A stretch of 64,000 nucleotides of DNA, from assembly GCA_030141605.1 (NCBI GenBank), contig JAQGDQ010000308.1, positions 124,001-188,000 of the forward strand, given 5' to 3'. The notes beneath the pieces are model-generated. The model was not told the DNA's origin and did no database searches. It saw only the letters and a program-made list of their open reading frames with translations. Positions 1-11,400 of the stretch are shown here, piece by piece (the first letter of the stretch is position 1; every line of letters begins with the position of its first letter). The position numbers and the translations under genes are program-made. Source of the stretch: Tubiluchus corallicola (Eukaryota; Animalia; Priapulida).

Positions 1-7
1 GACAAGA

Positions 8-200
8 TTTATTTACCGTCGCTCATTTAACAGACAACATCAGCAGTAACGGCTATTTAGTGACTTACACTTTAGTGACTCACAATACAGGTAAAGACAC
101 ACGCACAAACATGTAAGATATATGTGCTGGCGTGGCAGCCGCTAGTCTCGAACTGAAGACTGCATGGTCGCAGTCCGAAATCTAAATCACTCAGCCACCT
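8..200 (-). mobile_element. Degenerate tRNA-derived SINE
   Basis: Minus strand begins AGGTGGCTGAGTGAT (A-box-like, 186-200) with GTTCGAGAC (B-box-like, 145-153) at tRNA spacing. A ~130-nt body follows, ending TGAGCGACGGTAAATAAAT. No clean cloverleaf or TSD seen. Confidence 0.45.
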
Positions 201-3200
201 AACCAAGGACAAACATTGCATGGCGCGGTTTCCTGTATAGCCCTGTCCACGTGAACGTTAATCTTAAGCATAACAAAAAGGCAAAATCAGTGTCCAGCAT
301 CTAATTAGATACAATCATTATAAGCAAAAATTCACGAACAAAACTATCAAATTTCAATGAAATTCACATCGGCTACAGCAACTTCAACTAACTCTTAACA
401 CTATGACCAAATTGGCCCTCTCTGAAAGTGGCTCGTTTCGTGAATAGCTAACATATTGTTCGTCTTTCAGCAAAATGAAGAAATCGGCTTACTGAAGTTC
501 GTTTTGATTTATATTTTATTTGTACTGGCTTATCTTCCCTGGCGCAAGTAATTCGCTCTGCTTTATAAATCTTTTTCTTAGCGCACAAACATAACACTTA
601 GGTAAACTCATGTGGACTTGCAGCTTTTCTTAAAGATTATAGCAATCAATGCTTTCTCGCTGCTAATGATGGAAAGCCCTTACTGCTAACCAACCTAAAT
701 GGTCTTATTGTTATGACCCACTATTACGGTAACCGTACAGAGGATCTGCAATAAAGACCTAATTAATGCGGACTAATGCCTTTATTACACGTTTGCTGAT
801 TAACAGAGCGTAATTAACAACATTTCTCAAAGAGATTCGACCAAAGTTGTATTTAATAATGATTAATCGAATCCAACGCGATGTTTAATTGCCTGATTCA
901 ATTAATCTTGAGTGAGACCTAAAGGTGAACACTGAACAATAAGGGTATTGCTTTTCCTTACAAAAGTACCCCAAAGAAGGGCAGTGAACGCTCAATGTAA
1001 ATGCTATTGGTCCTGGCGTAGGACGTAAAAATATGGCTACAGATCGGGAGAATTAGAAATCTCATTGGCTTCTAAGGACCTTAACGTTTTCGGCAAGATT
1101 ACGAATACATTTTGAAGCGGATAAATTGTAAACACAGGCGAATCAATTTTTGGCAAAGAATTTCACAAGTACGCGGTCATATGGAAATCTGAATTCCAAA
1201 GAACTGCACAGATAAGAGACCCGAAGAAAATCCGGCGAAAACGAAGTAACCGCCTCAGGTAAGATCCTAGAAACGTCCTTGATAAGATTATGAGAAGCGG
1301 GGCAAAACGAGCCCTTGCAAGAAAACGATAAGAGATTAGAAGCCAGTGAGGACAGCCCTTGTGAGAAACCTCCATAAAAGTGACGTTAAAAAATTAGTTA
1401 AAAAATTAATGTAGGAAAAGGTCTATGATGAGCAAAAGACTTCACAGCTTCTTTGTCCGCATAGTAGCAAAAGTGACATTCATTAAGACGCACAAAATTC
1501 ACCTTCGTTTACGCACTGTCAATCTTCCAGGTAATACCAGTATTTAACAACACCAAATGCTACCTGTGATTAGACGCTCAGCCGTTTCATAAAGCTCGTT
1601 AATTTCCAGCAGCACGCAGCAGCACAACATCTCTAATGCGCGGATTTTGAAAATGATTGAATATTTTCGCAAGATTTAATCCAAATGAAGTTCATGATTT
1701 TCTATTTAAGATTATTAGCAAACATCACAAAATTTGTGTAAAATACAATGTAAAAGCAATCGCTTTTTGTTCGCATACCTCAGCTATTGCACGAGGCACT
1801 ATGCGGGTAAAGGCGCATACTTGGCGTTCATTAGTGCCTTGTTCACATAACAAAGCTATTACGCTAAGCACTAAGTGGATAAGGCGCATACTTAGTATTC
1901 CTTGGTGCCTCACTCATATAACTCAGATATTACGCAAAACACTATTTCTTGGCGCCTATCACACATTCGCGATCAGTATGGCACAAAACCTCTCTATTCA
2001 AGTTACTCAAGTGTGATTACACAACTTTTTACCGCCAACCATTCGAAGCCACCAGTCACTCAGTCAGGCCGCTAAAATCTGTCCCCTTCCCATCTGGATG
2101 ATGATCTGGTACTAAGATGGTGCCTGGCCATGGAACACGAGTTGAAACTAACTTTTTACCCTGAATCACTCACTCAAGGTTTCCGACTAGCCCACAAAAA
2201 TGGTTCCCCCATCCGACACTACTATAAAGTCTCCAAAATTTGGTTGCCAACTCCTTACAATTTGTTATTGTTATGAAACAAAAGAAAATGGTTAGTGTGC
2301 TCAGGGAACATACAGTTATGCATATTTCAGACACGAAAAAATAAAATGGAAGTTTCTTCACATACCAATGGCCGGCTAATAGCCGATTATGTCTGTATAA
2401 CTGGCATTACAACAACGTACGTTTGCTGACAGGTAAAAACCCTTATCAATTAACAGACCCTAATGACATCAAGATTAAGCTTCCTTGTTATCACATTCAG
2501 TTCTCTTATCAACTAGCACTGCTTGAATGCGACCGTCTTCTGCTGCCAAATGGATTCCTGGGTTGTTGTAATTACTGCAAACGCTTTGAAAGAAGAAGCA
2601 TTATTTATACCACTGATTAAGAAGGTAACTTAAAGGTTTTTTCCAGCTTAGGGCTGCCACGATGCAATAGTTTTGGGTCATGCCTTAAGAAATTATTATT
2701 ATCATTTACTACGTACTCGTAGTACATATATATATCACAAAGAAAAAACAAGTATAAGAACTACAAAAAGATAAATAATTAGATTATTATCACAGTAACA
2801 AACAAACAAATTGCAAAAACAAAAATGAAGATAATCTACATTAATACATAGATTAAAATATTTTTGATTTTCTGATTTTTAAAAACAGGTAAATGACTAT
2901 CATTAAATAGTAATTCATAGGCTACTAGTAAACTGACATGGTCGCTCTTTGAAAGGCAAGGTAATTGCTTTTTCCTATGCTACCAGTCTCCCTTGCTGAA
3001 TTAAAAACAATATTATGTATAGCATAAATTACAACCGAGAGGTGACGATAAATTACCTGTAGCATAATTCTAAATAGTCTTAACAAAAGTATTAGGTGAC
3101 ACTATACATTTTTCATAAAACCTCACAAATCTACAGTGTACAGAGGCTACAAACAAGCACATATCAGCAATCAAAAAGGTTAGAACAGTATGAAACCAAC

Positions 3201-5418
3201 AAATTCATCAAATAAGCCTCGGATATTCAGGAGTCAGTTCATAACTGCTCATCAACCTTCTAATTAATCTACTGTTGTGTGACTAGGTAAATACCAACGG
3301 GTCAAAGTGGTTTCATTATACCATCAAGAAGCTACAAATTGTACACAAGTCAGTGGATAAGTTTTACTTAAAAGACACCAATGTGTAAAAGACAAGCCTT
3401 AGTGGTTCAGTTAGATGGGCCAATATAAGTGCATTTCCAACCATGGTTAGCACTTACAAGCACTTCCAACACAGATCTCTATTTGAACACCATCTGAAAG
3501 CAACTGAAAACTGTTTTAATTAAAATGCAATTCAAGTAATTTAAGTCAGTAATTTAAGACAAATTTGAATTGATACGACCTATAAATGATTGCATTTCAG
3601 GGTAGATACAACAGTTGACTTATAGTTAACTGTTACTTAACTTACTTTCCAAGATTAGCAGCACTGTCATCAATCTTAGATTTCTAACAGCACTGAACAA
3701 CTTGGCAAAGAACCATATAATAAATCAATTATAGATAGTCAAGATTAAGTGGTCGAAAAATTGACAGAAAGTGACCTCTCTGTATAGTGCATCAATTAAC
3801 GAAGCTCAGGCATTCATCAACACTGACAGTTCAGGCAATGAATCTTGTGTCCCCTGAAGTCTGACAGCCACATTGTATAGTAACAGAAACAGTGACCAAT
3901 TTAATGTATTGACAGTATAATGAATTAAGACATGGGCTTGATGGAATCACCAACACTCTGCAGTGAAATTACTACAGTGAGATTAACAATATGTCTTGCA
4001 GAGGATGTTCATGTGATGTGATGAATGACACAAAAACACTCAAGAGTTAGACCAAATATCCTAAGTAAATATGGAAGATCAAGATGGCCTTTGGACTGGA
4101 TATTACATGGTGGACTGCATGGGTAAGGACGAATCAGAAATAAGAATGAATGTGTAATTAATAAAATGTAACGAAGTCCAGAGGCTTTCTGCCTTATTGC
4201 AGAGCATGGAGTTTTTAAAATACAAAATGTTTTTAATAAACGACTTATGGGGTTCCAGCAGACCAGGACAACAAAAATGAGACAAGGAGGAAACTACACT
4301 AAGTGACATATACTTGCAGCTTGCAAGTCTAGCATATTCAACTTCACACCTTATTGCGGACTGTTACTAGTGAATAATGGAATAAACTGCAAATTAATGA
4401 ATCTTTGAACAATGACAAGGATTTGAATTAAGAATCTTTAGACAATACAAGTTCAATGCAATGATTCCTACATTACACAGCCTGTGTAAACATGGCAAGT
4501 CTTCCAGTTTATCCAAGATTTCCAAGTCTTAGAACTTTTTCTTACATCAGAGTAATTGCCAACGATTTAGATTAATTTTTCATGATTAATGTATAACCTG
4601 GAATTACAAGGATATTTTCACTGGCAGAATAAAAATCGATGTGCCTAAACAACCATTGCTACTAAATGATAGTTAGCTTATTACAATTCAACATAATACA
4701 GTACATACACGAACAACAATAAAACAATTTCAGTTGTTAACTGATGAGTACCAGCTAATGTTAGTTAGTAAATTATATAAAACGAGGCATTAAGAATGAA
4801 AATTACCTACTTAAGTAATTGACCTTACTGCAGCTTTGCAGAAAATCTGTAAGGATGAGCTACATTTAGCAAAAAGCCAACTGTAATACTGAACTTCAAC
4901 CACTCTGTTTTGTAGTAATCTTCCCTAATTAATGCACAGGATAAGCAAGAACATCTTGGATGTCAACACACAGCGACTCATGCTAATCACTTCATGCTCT
5001 CTGTAATGACTAGGCTTTACAGTAACTAGGTACACAAGTGCTGAATACAGGTGTCCCTCCCCAGCCATAAGCCTGTTTATAATTACTTGAGAATAACAGG
5101 ATTAGGACAGTATCATGATGAAAAGTCAGAAGTGTATTTTGTTTGTAGATAGATTACACACTTTTCAGACCAGGCAATATCTGTGTGTAGACATGATTTT
5201 GGTCACATTATCAAGAGCTGTTCCACCACTACCAGCAGTTTAGTGTGACAAATTCAAATGACACAGTCGTCAACCTATATTCAAGGGCCTTTTAATTACC
5301 AGAATGGCACAACTGGCATATTATGCTAATGTATTAGATACACATGAACAAACGGTACGTTAGTCTAACATGAACTACATTTGACATCAACTACATTTAT
5401 AGCGTCTACCATACGTAC

Positions 5419-8400
5419 CACTGCAGTGAGCAGCTACCACCTCTAGCTTGTAGGAAGTATCTGCAGTGTTTGCCACCAGCTTGGGAGATATGTTGACGAT
5501 GCTACCCTTGGAGTTATAGAGCTTTAAGATATCATAAGGGCCTGCCTCTGCTGCTGCTCGAAACAAATCTGAAAATGAGAAATTTAGAATAGTAAGTTGC
5601 ATAAATAAAAGGTAGCTATTTTTGTAATTGATTACATACCCTATAATGCTTAAGTGCTTCAGAATTTGATTAAAATACTTGCATAATACAATTGACAACT
5701 ATCTTGTCTCTTCTGTATCCTGTGATTTTGTCCATGCTTTGTTGCTTTTAGTGCTGATCCATTAACGCACATGTTTAAAAAAGATTTTAAGAGAAAAATA
5801 TCGCAGATCAATCAACTATTATAATCCTAACGTCAAGATTATTGTTATTAATGAAGTTACAAACCCACAATTAATTAAATTTTGATATCAAATTTGAAAT
5901 ACAGGAAATGTGAAAATGGTGAATCGGGTATCTAAGTATCTAAGCCAAAGCTACTTGAGCTTACAGTTCTAGCTGGATCACCTAGGATACAGACGTTTTG
6001 CTGTTTAGGAGCTTAATTTGAAAGCATGTGTAGTATCTTTATTAGTTAAACAATTTTTTTATTAGATGGCAATATAAATGCTGCAATAGTGCCAGTAAAT
6101 GTACAACACGCACAACAGAGCGACATCTATCGACAAGACGAAGATGTCAAGCATTGTTAACACTGTCCTTTCAATAATATTAAACCATGTAGCTCATAAT
6201 GAGAAAATGATAAAAGTGGCAGAGCTGCAAGCGAAAAGCTCTTCAAATGAACCTTAGCAGAGGCGGCACTTGCCAATTCACGAACCAACACGGTCTCCTG
6301 CTGTGGATCTCACCAGTGACAGTTCCAGCTGTTCATCCACTGTCAACTGTCAGGAATTTACTTCAAAAAAGATTAGTAATAACTGGCTTGACGTTTTTTA
6401 AGCTACTTAAGCCAATATTGACCAATGAAGACAGAAGCCTTTATAAACATTTCAAAGCAAGAAGAGGTGATACATTTAATAAAATGGGACTATTTCGTGC
6501 TCATGTTGTTATCAAAATTTTTGACAAGACTGTAAGTTGCAATGCAAAGAATCTTACACATATAGGAAGATCTGGGTTCAATTCAAACAGTCATTTTGTC
6601 TTTCTTTCTGTTATTTACAACTAAAACCTCTCCACTCTAATAATTTTAATGAATTTGCAATTTCGAATTTAGATAATTCAGAATAAAATGTTTCAGCTAC
6701 TATTTTTAGACTAAGAATTTGTCAGTTTTGTAACTTACTCTAGTGTAGCAGGTTACAGGTTACATCTGTCGATTTAGCAAGGAATGGAGCGAATCAACCA
6801 ATAATAACATCAAAAGCAAACAATGTAATTACGTGCGCAGTAAAAGGATAAAAGCAAAAATGGCGGCTTGCGAATAGAAAATGTAGCAGTAAGTAAAATG
6901 GCAGATTCACCCCCTAACCTAAACAAAATCAGATATAACCTTGCGAATTATAGCTTGGTACACTACAGCACAAGAGAATTAACTGAGGACAAATGAGATC
7001 ACAAGAGGATATCCGATGCAGTCAAGTAGAGCTATATTACACAGGCGCTGATGTCATTTTGATGGCGTCCCACAAGGATTTTAATAATCAACTTGCACAC
7101 AAGCTTGATACGTTAATGAAGTCCCGTAATCACTTCAATAAGCTAACGAAGTCTTGATAGGATTTCAATAATATATTTATGCACCTGAAGTGTCTCAAGT
7201 CCCTCATATTAGCTGAAGCTGGTGACATACACATCTGTGAAGGTAATTCAAGGTATACTGACAACATACAATTGCCAAACCTAACAACAGAAAGTGGCAA
7301 ACACACACTGTTAAGTCATAATAATGAATGTATATGTTAATAATATAATAATCATGCAAAACGCTATCCAGAACTAACATTCAAAACGCTTGCCGGAACT
7401 AGCACACTGAATCCAATCAGGAAAACAAGGAACGCTGAAACCATAAAATTAAACCAACGGATGTAGGATTCTCTGTAGAACTTCTTTTGCTAATTCTAGA
7501 AGGGCAACAAAGCCTGTAGGAGTTAATACTAATCAACTCAGACACTCTGCAAACTGAGTAACACTGTAAGCGTTTTTTTACGCAGCACCAAGTCAAAATA
7601 ATTGTATTATCAGATTAAGGTTCGTAAAATTGGGATAATTCTATGTTCCCGCAATGAGCATGAAACATTTAATGAATACTCTTCGTTTTTTCACTTTATG
7701 TCCAATTATTATTGTATGTCTAAACTAGTCCAGTTGTTTTCTAAGATGGCAGAATTATTTGATTTTAGCATAAAACAATGAAGTTAGTACTACATTGCTG
7801 AGAATATCATATTTTGTAGCAGAATTGTCAAAAACATAAAAAAAATTAAAAATCAACTGTAAAACTTGATGGTTGTAATTTAACGGAATATACCAGTAGC
7901 ATACACTAAAACCAATTTTCAACGATTTGCTAAATTCTCGTACTGCAAACTTCAATAAGACATTACCGAAAACAAAAATGAAATATCCTTAGATCCAGTC
8001 ACACATAAACGGATGGACAGACAGGTAACTAGCTAAACCTTTTCTAGAGTAGTGTGCATCTTATCGATTAGGCCCTATTGAACATGCTAGACTTCATGAA
8101 TTCTAAGAAGGTCATTATAACTAGAAGTAATCTTCTAGGTATTAAGAAACTCCGAAGAAAATAAAACAGAAAAATTAAAAAGAGAAAAAGCAAAAATTTC
8201 TCTTACCAATTTTAGAATCAATAGTTAGGCAGCTGCAGGGAGTGGGGCATCTTGTACCCCCAAGATTTAATGAAACAATGTTTGTAAGTTTGCTAGCTTC
8301 GTTTTGTGGTCCTAAAACATATGCAAGATGTTGACAAAAAACATGATGCACCATTATGCATACTATCCAAGACGTCAGCCAAAAATGCGAAATACTATAT

Positions 8401-11400
8401 TTCAGCAGTCTAGTATTCAAGTAATTCCAAATACATTGCTAAATATTATGTCTTTTGGGTCAAAGAGAAAACTAAACTGCTTACTGATATTAGCAGTATT
8501 TTAAACAATTTAAGATAGCTACCAAGATGGCCGTCAGAAATACAAAAATACTGTAGGTCAACTTCTGATCCCCAAACAACTCAATATTCAAATGACCGCA
8601 AACAAATAGCTAAATCTATGTTTTTGGACAGTAGAAAACATTAACTGCTTGCTGACATACATACTGTCAGCAGTGGAGTGTGTCTACACAGTAGCTGGTT
8701 TCTGCATTATGACTTCCCAATACCATACACATTTCCCTGCAGTAATCGCTAATGAAAGCACTATTTCATGATTGAACGTTCTGTTTACTCTGGGCTCACT
8801 GTAGTAGCAAGTCACGGCTAACTAACTACACGTCAACATAATTAGGCATCAAGCGATTAAATGGTTCCATGTAGTTATTTGTATTGCTTATATTCTAGAA
8901 CGCTTATGTAGCAATATAGGCCCTACCAAATCAAGGAAATATGGGAAAAACATTTTGTGTAATAAGCAGTAATAACTATGTTTAACTATGTTTATTCAAC
9001 TCCAAATCAATTGGTTTCTCAAACTCATATAACGTGTATGTCAGAACAAAGATGGCCTTTTGGCTCCGTCTCTTTAAAGTAAAAATTAAATTTTAATTAT
9101 GTAACTAATATGACACTAAAAACTGCAAACGCCCAATGACATTTTGTTGCTATAACACATACAATCAATATAACGAATGTGAACGCGGCATTAATTACGG
9201 CAATAATCGCCATAAAGCCATTAAATTATAATAGAATATAATAGCTAATCTTCTGTATTAGCTTGCCAAAAGTATGGACGTTTGTACAGGTTCAGTAAAA
9301 AATAATATAAAACGTAATGGACTGCTTGCGTTTATTTATACGTGATTATTTACACGCAAATTACTCTCTTAATTAATACGTAGATTAAATGACCAATTAA
9401 GACTTGCAAATGGGATCTTTGGCTATCTACGGTCTAAAAATAATTTCGGTATAAAAATATCGCACCATACTATTAAAAAACCGCAACGTATAGTTTCTCC
9501 TTATTTGGTTGCAGTTTGGTATATTGAAAAAGCGACGTATAGTCTAGGGTGATTAATTTTGGATACTGAGTGAATAACAACTCCTCCAATATGAGCGCCA
9601 CTTTTATGATGACCTGTAAGATGGCTCGATACAGTACCAGATTAAGGTATTGGTTTTACGGGCTGCAGCCCGGGGACCTCCGCCAGCTGAGGGGCCTCCA
9701 GAGATTAAGTGAAATTAAAAAAACTAGCAACATCCTTCCATCTTCCGGGCCATTTTGAAATAGCAGCAATATTGGATAATTTTTGTTTGGCCTCATATCC
9801 TAAATAAACCGCTTTGATGGGTTTTAGTTTTGTCCACAGTACTGTAGCTTTTAAACAAAGTGAGCAGTTTTTTGCCGTTCTGCAAGAGACTATTATTTTG
9901 GGACTCCAGTTAATTTCAAGGTGATTCCCAAGATGGCTGCAGCAGCTAATGTTATACATTAGCCATATTGCATGTTCTAAGGCAGATAGGATGGTAATTT
10001 TAGTATCAAGATATAGGGTTTTAAAAGTAAAATCTATAGATTAGCGTCCAATAAGGCCGCCACTTTCAAGATGGCCAACAAGATTTTTATCGCTAATATC
10101 AGACAAAGGCGACATCACAGTTATCAGAGAGCAGATAACGACGATGATGATACAGTACCTACTTGATATACTACTGCTCTGGTGTGCCTCAACAGTGTGG
10201 TATGTGCTGGAAGAATTGTCACCAAGAAACCCTTCCTTTCTAGTGAACAAGCGTTTACATGCTTTTGCAAACTGACGCCTATGTGATAGATAGCTTTGTG
10301 ATAGCACAGGCAAGAGTTCAGTCAATAGTTCCGCTATAGAAGTGTTTCTCAAAGATACAAATGCTTCTGTTATGTGGGACAAGCCATCTTCTTAATTCTT
10401 TCTGTAAAAATTGTATTCTGGTCGCGCACAGTATTGGCAAGGATTATTTATAGACCTGATTTTTTCTGAGACAATGGCATTCACATTCACATTTTCACAT
10501 GGCATAAGATATGGTTTTTATAAGCTACCAACAGCTACTTTTTTGGCCATTTTGAAAATGTGGTCATATTGGTACTTCCCTAAATCCTTGACCTTTAAAG
10601 CCTATATACAGATACTGATATCATCGTCCTTTTCACCTTAGGTCCACCAATATACCTAATATATTGCATAAGCAGCTACAGGTATTTTGGCAGCCATCTT
10701 GAAATCTTCACTGAAGTGATGTTATAGGTGTTTCTTGGCATCAAAAATTGATTCATTGAAATTGAAAAGCTAACCTGTATTTTGACACCAAAATTGGCAT
10801 ATTCACTGTGCCAACTGTTATGATATGGTATTCAAAGTTAGGAATTACAGGCAATGATCTTGTTAGCCATTTTGAATGGCAGCTATACTGAATGATGTTC
10901 GATTTGCCTCATATCCAAAATTAATCACCTTGATTGGTTTTAACATTGTGCAAAGTTTTGTAATTTAAGCAAAACGGCCAGGTTTTTCATCATTCTGCTA
11001 GACAATTATGTCAGGAATCATCGGCCATTTTGTTTTTTATTTATTGGGCTGGTTGAATCGTTTTGCATCACTTTGAGGCTAGAAGCAACTACCTAGATTC
11101 AAAAAGATCCAGTTGATTTGTTTTTTTTTTGTATAATGAATCTTATGATGAAATGGTTAATGTAATGATCGGCATGATTTCGTTATAGCATGGCGGCCAT
11201 TTTGAAAATGGTAATCATTTTTGAAATAAAATGACAGAAATGGGTTCCTCTGGTCCAACTACCCTGGAATAGATGTCATTTTGGCTTCTTAATGTTAATT
11301 TTCTGAGAATTTCTCTTAATTACTTTTAGAAAAAAACGCCTCTAGGGTTCCATTTTTATGAAAATGGAACTAGACTAATAAGCATAAGAGCATTTACACG

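Noticed and set aside
1163-1375. 70-aa minus-strand ORF as a PDE9 exon or small gene
   Set aside because: No recognisable homology and no convincing splice donor in frame.
2098-2164. C/D box snoRNA (ATGATGA...CTGA)
   Set aside because: Antisense to the host PDE9 intron, with no terminal stem or recognisable rRNA guide.
6119-6133. CTCF-like site AGCGACATCTATCG
   Set aside because: Single imperfect motif match with no supporting context.
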